From positions 1-11,303 of the forward strand of contig JBDQPD010000112.1 of the NCBI GenBank assembly GCA_040260805.1: a stretch of 11,303 nucleotides of DNA. Reading direction: 5' to 3'. Position 1 is the stretch's first letter, and every line of letters starts with the position of its first letter. Origin of the DNA: Myxococcota bacterium (GTDB lineage Bacteria > Myxococcota > UBA4151). A model generated the notes under the pieces. It was not told where the DNA came from, did no database searches, and saw only the letters and a list, made by a program, of their open reading frames with translations. The position numbers and the translations under genes were made by a program. Shown here one piece after another: positions 1 to 7,071 of this stretch.

Positions 1-1
1 G

Positions 2-481
2 GAGAGCGTCGAGATCGCGCTGAGCTACGTGCGCTCTCGCAACGAAGAATTAGGGATCCCGCAGGCGGTGCTCGAGCAGCACAACCTGCACGTGCACTTT
101 CCGGCGGGCGCGGTGCCCAAAGACGGCCCGAGCGCCGGCATCACCATCGCCACCGCCTTGATCAGCTTGCTCACCGGGCGACGTGCCCGCTCTCGCACGG
201 CGATGAGCGGCGAACTGACGTTGCGCGGTGAGGTGCTGCCGGTGGGTGGCTTGCGCGAAAAAGTGGTCGCCGCCAAAGCCCACGGCAACCGCACGGTGGT
301 CGTACCCGCAGGCAACCGCAAAGACATCGAAGAGATCCCTGAGAAGGTTCGCCGCGGGCTCACCTTCGTCTACGCCGAAGAGTATGGTGATTTGATCGAC
401 CAGCTGTTGGTCTCTCGACCAGACCCTAAAGCGGTCCCTAAGGTGCGCTCTAAGCAGAAGAAGTCGAACGAAACGAGCTAG
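2..481 (+). CDS. lon: ATP-dependent Lon protease, C-terminal S16 proteolytic domain (5'-truncated by the window edge)
   Basis: The frame is open from position 2 (ESVEIALSYVRS...), so the GTG at 29 is not the true start. Contains LHVHFPAGAVPKDGPSAG with catalytic Ser at codon 131-133, then AMSGELTLRGEVLPVGGLREK with Lys at codon 260-262. The two are 43 codons apart, as in the E. coli Lon S679/K722 dyad. Stop TAG at 479-481. Confidence 0.97.
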   Translation, partial: ESVEIALSYVRSRNEELGIPQAVLEQHNLHVHFPAGAVPKDGPSAGITIATALISLLTGRRARSRTAMSGELTLRGEVLPVGGLREKVVAAKAHGNRTVVVPAGNRKDIEEIPEKVRRGLTFVYAEEYGDLIDQLLVSRPDPKAVPKVRSKQKKSNETS

Positions 482-1686
482 CGGGGTAGAACCCAAACTC
501 GGACCGGCTCGCTGATGCCCTTGAGCGCGTGTGAGCCGGCTGGGCTGAGTTCGGCGCAGTGCGCTTGCACGCTTTGCGAAAACACAGCGGTCGTCTCTAA
601 GGGTTTGCACAGGCTCTCGAGCCGGCTCGCCAGGTTCACGCACGAGCCCATCACGGTAAAATCGAGCCGCTCAGGCGTGCCGATGTTGCCATAGATCACG
701 TCCCCGATGTGACAGCCAAAACCGGCCGACACGTCGTGCCCGGTGCGCTGCGCGACCTGAGCGACGCGCGGTAAGGCGCTGCGTACGGTCTCGAGCATCG
801 CCTCAGCGACGCCGGCTTGGCTGCTGCCCTCGAGCGGGAAGATCAACAGCATGGCGTCGCCGATGAACTTGAGGATCTCGCCGCCGCGCTGCTCGGCCTC
901 GTCGCCGATCGCCTCAAAGAGCTGGTTCATGATCGTGATGATCTCGGCGCCCACCTTCTGCGACAGCGCCGTAAAGCCACGTACGTCGCAAAACATCACG
1001 CCCGCCTCGACCGTCTGAGACGAGCCGCGCACCATATGCCCCTCGAGGACCTTCGGGCCGGTGGTTCGCCCCACGTAGCTGACCGCAATCTTGTGCGCCT
1101 GCGAGGTGCGGCAGGCGGCGTAGCAGGTGATACCAAGCAAGCCCCGCAAAGGCTCAAGGCGCTGCCTCAGGTCATCAGGGAAGGGCTCGGCGGCGGCCAA
1201 GCTGACCACCGCAGGGATCTCGGTAGCCGGCATCTTAAGGCGAAAGCAGGCGTAGTAGCGAAACCCGTCGGCGCGCATTTTCTCAAACAGCTCAAAGTCG
1301 TGATCAGGTGACTCGAGGTCACACTCATAGAGCCAGTCGCGCTCACCCCAGATGTAAAAGTACGGGTTGCGCGGCGCGCCCGTATCGTCGAGCGGCGCGG
1401 TCATGGGGCCGGTCATGGGCAGCCCGTTGGCCTGGGCCTCGTCGTGGGTGACCATGCTGGTGTCGGCGAAGTTGCGCTGACGGTGCCAGGTCAAGATCAC
1501 CCCCCAGAGCGTCGGGTGCCGAAACCCTAGGACCTTCGTCATCGGGATCTGCACTCGGTCGGCGTCCACTCCGCTCGCCGACAAGACGCTGCGGACGCTC
1601 TCGAGCAAGGGCTTGAAGTCGACCTGCTCCGCCATGACATCGAGGCCCTCGATCAACCGGTCCACGTGCTCCGAGCTCACCGCCAT
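478..1686 (-). CDS. Class III adenylate/guanylate cyclase (adenylate-specific residues) with an N-terminal putative GAF-like sensory region; no TM helices evident
   Basis: Motifs GVMFCDVRGFT (metal Asp1), ILKFIGDAM (substrate Lys and metal Asp2), GFGCHIGDVIYGNIG, RLDFTVMG (adenine-specifying Asp) and VNLASRLE (transition-state Asn/Arg). A purine-rich AAAGGGGAAG lies upstream of the ATG. Confidence 0.93.
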   Translation of the reverse strand: MAVSSEHVDRLIEGLDVMAEQVDFKPLLESVRSVLSASGVDADRVQIPMTKVLGFRHPTLWGVILTWHRQRNFADTSMVTHDEAQANGLPMTGPMTAPLDDTGAPRNPYFYIWGERDWLYECDLESPDHDFELFEKMRADGFRYYACFRLKMPATEIPAVVSLAAAEPFPDDLRQRLEPLRGLLGITCYAACRTSQAHKIAVSYVGRTTGPKVLEGHMVRGSSQTVEAGVMFCDVRGFTALSQKVGAEIITIMNQLFEAIGDEAEQRGGEILKFIGDAMLLIFPLEGSSQAGVAEAMLETVRSALPRVAQVAQRTGHDVSAGFGCHIGDVIYGNIGTPERLDFTVMGSCVNLASRLESLCKPLETTAVFSQSVQAHCAELSPAGSHALKGISEPVRVWVLPR

Positions 1687-1747
1687 TGGTCTTCCCCTTT
1701 ACCCGTCGACCCAGCCCTCAGCGAAGCCAAGGCGCTCGTCAACCCGT

Positions 1748-4700
1748 CTACTCGGTCTGGCACAGGCGGCTGCAGCCGTCGCCGCCGGCGTTGTTGCCGT
1801 CATCGCAGCCCTCGCCTTGGTGAACAAAGCCGTCGCCGCAGGTGGCGCCGCAATTGATGTGATACTCGGTGCTCGGCTCAAAGGGCTGACCGTCATCAAA
1901 GAGCTCGCCCTCGTCGAGGACGCCGTTGCCGCAGTAAGGGCGCCAGGTAATCGGGCGTTCAAGGGCGACTCGGTTTTGTAAAAACCCGGCGCGGTCCGAC
2001 CAGACGCTGCCGGGCTCGGCTTGACCGCCCAAAGGTGTGAAGTCGCGGTAGTTGTATCGACCGTAGGACATCGACAATGTGGCCCGACTGGGGACTTCGC
2101 TCAGCGTCCAATACTTCAAATCACCATTCGACCCCGATGAAACAAAGGCTTGACCGGCTGGGTGCATAGCGATCGTCGAGTCTGTTGCACGAACCACGCT
2201 GTGTCCATCAAACCTTAACAGCTCTGACAAACCGGGCGTCAGAAAGGTGCTGATAGCTACACCCTCAAGGTCACGCACCAGCGTTCGACCGGTTGGACTC
2301 ATCACTAGGTTGCTTGAAGGGCCATTATTCGTTGTATACATGGTCACGCCACTCGCTACATCCATCATCCAAGTTCTGCCGACGCCGCCGACATAAAGAC
2401 TGCGGCTGTCAGGGCTAAACACCGAAGAGCTTGTAACACTGAGGTCGTCGCGCAGCACACGCTCCCCTAGCCCGGTCTGCGCGTCCACGAGGCGAAGCGT
2501 ACCGTCGCTCGAGGCGCTCGCCAGCCAGCGACCGTCGCCGCTGAACGCCAGCGAGGTTATACCGGCTCCGTGCAGTGCGCGGCTAGCGACCGGGTCACCG
2601 GTTTGTGCACTCCAGAGCCTCAACGCACCCTGCGAATCACCTGAGGCAATGATCTGACCGTCGGGACTATAAGCGACAGCCGAGATGTTGGAGCGATGAC
2701 CGAAGAGGCTGCGCTCAAGAGCCCCTAGCTCGACGTTATAGATCGACAAACGATTGCCAGCGCTAACCGCAAGTCGCTGGCTATCTGCGCTAAACGCTAA
2801 ATCTTGAATTACTGAGATGTCTGGAAAGATCCCTCGGCGCGTCTGCTCCGTGCCCGTATCAACTAAGCCGAGCTCGCGCCCTGAAGCCCAAGCCAGCGTG
2901 CTACCGTCCGGACTGTAAACGAGGTCAGTAATCGTTTCATCGGTCGCCTGGACGCGTCTTGCACCGCGCACCTCCCAGGTAATCCACGCGCCGCTTTTGT
3001 AGATCCAGCCGCCTTGCTCCATCGCCATCAGGCGCGGCGGCTCAACGAGCCGCAGCCGACCCTCTGGCGCAGCGGCGCTGAGTACGTCGGCGCTGCGCAC
3101 CAGCGGCGACCAGCTCCCCGCTTGCTGCTCGAGCGGCAAAAATAAACGCTCAAGACAGGCTCTATCGGTATCATCACCACCGTGCACGTCGTAACGTCGG
3201 TTGTTCTGTAACCGCTCAACGCAGACCACCACCCCGGGCGGCGCCGCACTCAGCGCCAAGTTCCGAATCTGACGGTTTCGAACCGACGGCGCAGCCCAGG
3301 CCACCGGCTGTCCAACGCCGAAACCGCCCGGAACGCCGTTGTGTACAGTCACGTGCGGGTACCCGTTGCTCACGGCGCCGGTCTCTGTACGCCCAGGCAC
3401 GACCAGATCGAGCCGGCCGTCTTCGTTGAGGTCAGCTAACACGCAAGCGTCTTTGGGGCGCGCAGTCGCCTCGTGGGCGCCGTCGACCTGATAGCTAGAT
3501 TGCGAGCGAAGGTATTCCGCGTTGCCGCCTAGCCCTAACCAGTCGCCGCCAAAGCGGCTGGCGCGCTGCGCTTGCGGGGCTTGTTCGGGTAAGGCGCCGT
3601 CTACCGTATCGATCACCGCAAAAAGCTTACCGAGCTCATCCGAGCCGCAGACCACAAGCTCGAGCGCCTCGTCATCGTCGAGATTAATGCGCTGACCACC
3701 AAACAACTCGACGGCGCCGTTGGGGTTATCGGCTGGGGGGGTGACCGTGACCTGACCACGTAAACCGCCCGGTCCCACGCCGACAAAACTCCCAGGAGGC
3801 TGAGCATAAAAGGGTACCGCAGAACCAATTCGAAGCGGCTCACCGAGAGCTCGATTAGCCACCAGGCGCAAGCCAAGCCAGCCACCAGCGCCCATCGCAG
3901 CGTGCGGAACCGACACCACAAAAGTGCCGCCGGCGACTTGGGTGTCGTAAGCTATCGGCAAGCCCTCATGAAGAACCCGCCGGACCGGGCGAATACCCTG
4001 CTCGTTAGCGGCGCCAAGCTCGACGACTTGTACGCTGGTGCACAAGCTAAAATCAGCGCACGGCACGTTGTTCGCTAAGTTCGGATCGACCACCATATTG
4101 CGCCCATAGAGTCTCCACTTGTGGGTCCTGTTTGGACTCAGCATCACCTCGTAGCTGCTGTCTAAAGTATAGACGATATTATCGAGCACTGGCGCACCAA
4201 AGCCTGCACTGGCTAACTCTAGCGCCGGCGCTTCATAACCTGGTAAGCTGCGCTCATAGCGCGCAACCACGCGGCACGATGCGTCGGGATCTGCGCCGGT
4301 CGTTGCGAAGAGACGCGCTGAGCCGCGCTCATCGAGGGTGACCCGACGCGCGCTGACCAGGCAGTTGTTGGTCACCACATACATCGCCTGCCCCGTCGCC
4401 GGGTTGTTGTTGGCGTCACGCGCCACGAGCTCGAGCTGAGCTGCGTTTTGTGGGCTGTAATCAGCGGGTCCTTCGAGCTGGTTTTCCAGCGGCGGCGCTA
4501 AGCCACCAAGACGTTCGAGGCTTGCCGTAAGAGGCCGCCCAGCGACCTGCACCACACGCACCATAATGCTGGCAGGGGTCGCGCCATGGCGAATCCGGTA
4601 CAAGCAGCGCTCAAGCCGAGGCCCGCCCGTAAGCGCCAATAAGCCCTCACCGTAACGCACCTCGCCGGCTTCGTCGGTCACGCCCGAATCAGCCCAGTTT

Positions 4701-6931
4701 GCGCAATCGCCCTGGGCGCCCTCAAGCAGCTCGATGCTTAGACCCAAGCCGGGGATGCCACCCCCTTGGTCGTTCGTCAGCCGCAAGCTGAGCGTATCGC
4801 TCAAGCGCTCGCTAGCGCCCAAGCTGACCTCGTAAGCTGCTTGTTGACCCTCTGCGCCTGTCAATTCGAGACGCCGGTCGTTCAAGCGGACCTCGATCGC
4901 TTGCGCCACGCCTGCGGTGCCTTCAACCACAAGCTCAGTCTGTGCGCTCCACTCACCGTGGCTGACGTGAAGCGTCAGCGTGTGCTCACCGAGCCGGTCA
5001 ACCCGAACGATCATCGCCTCAAAGCGTCCGGCCGCGTCGGTCACGCCGTCCGTGCGATCAAGCACCAAATCAACGGGCGCAACCACTCGCACCAAGGCGT
5101 TTGGCACCCCATTGGCGGTGTTAACGTCGGGGCCGTCGAGCACCCGCATCCGGATCATGCCGCCCACCCCGCCGACCAAGGCTTGAACGCGCCCTGCGGG
5201 TTGCACCTCCAAATGGCTCGGCGCGCCAGGGCTCACGGCGATGGCTTGCTGCGCACGCACCGCTCTGTCCAAGGTGCTCACCTCAAACCGAATCGGCTGG
5301 TCGACGGTCGCTCGACTGCGCACGGTCAACGTCAGGTGCAGGTCACCGCTGCCGTCAACCGCAAGCTGCTGCGACAGCAACGGATCCTCAGCCAACCACA
5401 AGGTCCGCGCATGCCCGCTGCTGACGATGCCCAGCTGCAACCGCAAAGGCTCACTCGAGTCTCGCGCCCGAAGCACTCTTAAGCCATTGATGTCGCTAGC
5501 CACGACGCGAAACCGCAGCTGATCCCCGTCGCGTACGACCTCAGGGTTGTTGGCGTCGGCGATGATCTCGAGTTCGCTCACGTCGTCGGCGCGCATCTCG
5601 ATCGGTACCCGCGCAGGCTCTAAAAGCGGCTGAGTGACTCTAGCCTCAACGAAGGCTTCGCCGATTGAATTGGTCGGGCAAGACGCACGGACGCTGACCT
5701 CCCCCAAGCTGTTGGTCTCGGCGAGCGATGTGCTCACGCCGTTGAGCCCACCGCTCTCGGCGAAAAAGACGCGCACGCCGGGGACCCCATCGCCCACCGA
5801 ATTGATCACACGAAAACGAATCGCCGCGCTCAAATGCCCGGCGTAACACTGCACGGCGTCACCGTCGATCAAGGCGCTGATCTGGGTCGGCACCCCAGCC
5901 GAGGTTCGGCCATCGAGCGCAAGGGCAGCCTCACCGTGAGGCTCGAGCGCTTCAGTCACCACCGAGGGCACGCGCAGCAGTGCCCGCCAGTCGCCGCGGT
6001 ATGCGGTCGTCCGCAAGCAGTAATAGACGCGCCCTTCGTCGTCGGTCACGGCTGCGCCCGGCGCTTGTGGCTCAACCGCCTGGCTGCAGTCTGCGGTTGC
6101 GCTGACCTGCACCGAAAGCTGGGGTTCAGTCCCAATCGCCCCTGCGTCACCAGCGACGCCCGAATCACCAGCTGGCGGGCGCGTATCCACAGCGCCCGAG
6201 TCCGCAACGACCAAGCCGGTATCGACGAGCGCTGAGGCATCCAAGATCACACCCGAATCCTCGCCAGATGCTCCGGCGTCGAGCCGAACCTGTTGCGCGG
6301 TCACTAAACTCAGCTGCGTCGCCTGATCGGCGACGGGATTATTAAAGCGATCACTCACCGCCAGCGTGACCAAACGAGCCGTATCGACGTCAGCGTTGAG
6401 CAGCACCCGGTCGAGCGCGTCCAAGGGGTCGGTCCCTTGCCCATCAAAGGACACGCTCCCTAAACCCTGCACCTCAACATGGAGTCGCAGCTGGTCTTGG
6501 CGAGCGACGACCACCAAATCATACTCAGTGACCAAGGGAGCGGCCGCGCTGACCCGAGCCGTCAAGGTTAAGCGACCAGCGCCGCCTTTACTGGCGAGCA
6601 CGAGCTCACACAGCCCTTGCGCATCGACAAAGCAGTCGTTGCCCGATGGAAAGCGCAGCAGGTCGGCAAAGTCTTCGGCTTGGGCGGTCAGGTTGAGCGC
6701 AGCGCCAGTCGCCGGCTCACCGGCCTGATCCAGCACTCTAAACTGCACTCGAGCGACGCTACCTGCGGGAAATGCGGTCGGCTCAATCGCCGCATCATCT
6801 AAGCCGGCTAAGCTCACCCACTCAATCGAATTCGGCTCGTTCTCACCGCTAACCGGGAGCTCAGGCAGAGGGTTGCCACAACCCACCGCCGCAGTGAGCG
6901 CTGCGAAAAAACCGAATCGAGTATGCCGCAT
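1748..6931 (-). CDS. Giant multidomain lipoprotein (~1727 aa): lipobox, ~7 Big_1/invasin-like Ig repeats, IPT/TIG-like domain, FG-GAP motifs, WD40 propeller, myxobacterial Cys-rich repeats
   Basis: Uninterrupted 5.2-kb ORF. Signal MRHTRFGFFAALTAAVG-C with Cys codon at 6880-6878. AAGGAG lies 7 nt upstream of ATG 6931, which favours it over TTG 6934. Repeated motifs include RVLDQAGEPATG, VSDRFNNPVAD, RVINSVGDGVPG and ARDANNNPATG, paired with TDxxG-type motifs. Also LADLNEDGRLDLVV, GHRSNISAVAYSPDGQIIASGDSQGALRLW and CGDGFVHQGEGCDDGNNAGGDGCSRLC. Confidence 0.88.
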   Translation of the reverse strand: MRHTRFGFFAALTAAVGCGNPLPELPVSGENEPNSIEWVSLAGLDDAAIEPTAFPAGSVARVQFRVLDQAGEPATGAALNLTAQAEDFADLLRFPSGNDCFVDAQGLCELVLASKGGAGRLTLTARVSAAAPLVTEYDLVVVARQDQLRLHVEVQGLGSVSFDGQGTDPLDALDRVLLNADVDTARLVTLAVSDRFNNPVADQATQLSLVTAQQVRLDAGASGEDSGVILDASALVDTGLVVADSGAVDTRPPAGDSGVAGDAGAIGTEPQLSVQVSATADCSQAVEPQAPGAAVTDDEGRVYYCLRTTAYRGDWRALLRVPSVVTEALEPHGEAALALDGRTSAGVPTQISALIDGDAVQCYAGHLSAAIRFRVINSVGDGVPGVRVFFAESGGLNGVSTSLAETNSLGEVSVRASCPTNSIGEAFVEARVTQPLLEPARVPIEMRADDVSELEIIADANNPEVVRDGDQLRFRVVASDINGLRVLRARDSSEPLRLQLGIVSSGHARTLWLAEDPLLSQQLAVDGSGDLHLTLTVRSRATVDQPIRFEVSTLDRAVRAQQAIAVSPGAPSHLEVQPAGRVQALVGGVGGMIRMRVLDGPDVNTANGVPNALVRVVAPVDLVLDRTDGVTDAAGRFEAMIVRVDRLGEHTLTLHVSHGEWSAQTELVVEGTAGVAQAIEVRLNDRRLELTGAEGQQAAYEVSLGASERLSDTLSLRLTNDQGGGIPGLGLSIELLEGAQGDCANWADSGVTDEAGEVRYGEGLLALTGGPRLERCLYRIRHGATPASIMVRVVQVAGRPLTASLERLGGLAPPLENQLEGPADYSPQNAAQLELVARDANNNPATGQAMYVVTNNCLVSARRVTLDERGSARLFATTGADPDASCRVVARYERSLPGYEAPALELASAGFGAPVLDNIVYTLDSSYEVMLSPNRTHKWRLYGRNMVVDPNLANNVPCADFSLCTSVQVVELGAANEQGIRPVRRVLHEGLPIAYDTQVAGGTFVVSVPHAAMGAGGWLGLRLVANRALGEPLRIGSAVPFYAQPPGSFVGVGPGGLRGQVTVTPPADNPNGAVELFGGQRINLDDDEALELVVCGSDELGKLFAVIDTVDGALPEQAPQAQRASRFGGDWLGLGGNAEYLRSQSSYQVDGAHEATARPKDACVLADLNEDGRLDLVVPGRTETGAVSNGYPHVTVHNGVPGGFGVGQPVAWAAPSVRNRQIRNLALSAAPPGVVVCVERLQNNRRYDVHGGDDTDRACLERLFLPLEQQAGSWSPLVRSADVLSAAAPEGRLRLVEPPRLMAMEQGGWIYKSGAWITWEVRGARRVQATDETITDLVYSPDGSTLAWASGRELGLVDTGTEQTRRGIFPDISVIQDLAFSADSQRLAVSAGNRLSIYNVELGALERSLFGHRSNISAVAYSPDGQIIASGDSQGALRLWSAQTGDPVASRALHGAGITSLAFSGDGRWLASASSDGTLRLVDAQTGLGERVLRDDLSVTSSSVFSPDSRSLYVGGVGRTWMMDVASGVTMYTTNNGPSSNLVMSPTGRTLVRDLEGVAISTFLTPGLSELLRFDGHSVVRATDSTIAMHPAGQAFVSSGSNGDLKYWTLSEVPSRATLSMSYGRYNYRDFTPLGGQAEPGSVWSDRAGFLQNRVALERPITWRPYCGNGVLDEGELFDDGQPFEPSTEYHINCGATCGDGFVHQGEGCDDGNNAGGDGCSRLCQTE
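1751..1933 (-). repeat. Two myxobacterial cysteine-rich repeats (myxo_disulf_rpt/DUF4215-like), one degenerate and one canonical
   Basis: CGNGVLDEGELFDDG... has Phe at the usual second-Cys position. CGDGFVHQGEGCDDGNNAGGDGCSRLCQTE matches the consensus CGxGxxxxxExCDDGNxxxxDGCSxxC. Confidence 0.88.
2108..2932 (-). repeat. WD40 repeat region, ~7 blades
   Basis: Seven periodic blade motifs: LVYSPDG, LAFSADS, VAYSPDG, LAFSGDG, VFSPDS, VMSPTG and AMHPAG. GH...W signatures occur in blades 3 and 7. Confidence 0.88.
3399..3690 (-). repeat. Two FG-GAP/VCBS-type Ca2+-binding motifs
   Basis: INLDDDEALELVV and LADLNEDGRLDLVV match the DxxxDGxxDLV consensus; the first is degenerate. Confidence 0.7.
4240..6770 (-). 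repeat. Approximately seven tandem bacterial Ig-like (Big_1/invasin-type) domains
   Basis: Seven occurrences of a beta-strand + (D/N)xxGxxV(P) motif, each followed by a (T/V)DxxG + beta-strand motif: VDAQG, TDDEG, TNSLG, VDGSG, TDAAG, TDEAG, LDERG. Most domains carry a Cys pair. Confidence 0.7.
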
Positions 6932-6938
6932 CAACGAG

Positions 6939-6944
6939 CTCCTT
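6939..6944 (-). promoter_or_regulatory. Shine-Dalgarno for the giant lipoprotein gene
   Basis: AAGGAG on the minus strand, 7 nt before ATG 6931. Confidence 0.8.
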
Positions 6945-7011
6945 TAGCCGGCGCCTTATAGGCGACAACGCCCGGAAATCCTAGCCGAGCTTCGGCGGTT
7001 TGCCACCGCCT

Positions 7012-7046
7012 AAAAACGACAAGCGAGCGACATGCGTCGCCCGCTC
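7012..7046 (-). terminator. Probable intrinsic terminator downstream of leucine dehydrogenase
   Basis: Minus strand GAGCGGGCGAC-GCAT-GTCGCTCGCTT forms an 11-bp stem with two G-U pairs, followed by GTCGTTTTT. It starts ~25 nt after the stop codon. The U-tract is offset from the stem, so the terminator is imperfect. Confidence 0.55.
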
Positions 7047-7071
7047 GCGCTCGCTTTGAAACCACGCGGTG

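Noticed and set aside
25..1311. Shadow ORFs 25..363(-), 50..643(-) and 817..1311(+)
   Set aside because: They overlap well-supported lon and cyclase genes, mostly antisense, and have no motifs. Long shadow ORFs are expected at high GC.
1701..1748. 7-bp direct repeat ACCCGTC (1701-1707 and 1742-1748) bracketing the intergenic gap
   Set aside because: Too short to distinguish from chance without comparative data.
1613..1981. ORFs 1613..1981(+), 1666..1857(+) and 1699..1962(-), with Ala/Val-rich or hydrophobic appearance
   Set aside because: These are alternate-frame readings of the Cys/Asp/Gly-rich repeats. The apparent TM segment is an antisense artefact.
3028..6802. Numerous short ORFs inside the giant lipoprotein gene, e.g. 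4766..5482(+)
   Set aside because: They are fully nested in the gene, with no recognisable domains and antisense-like composition.
6989..7005. TGGCA on the minus strand as a sigma-54 promoter for the lipoprotein gene
   Set aside because: The required GC at -12 is not at the correct spacing; AA is found there instead.
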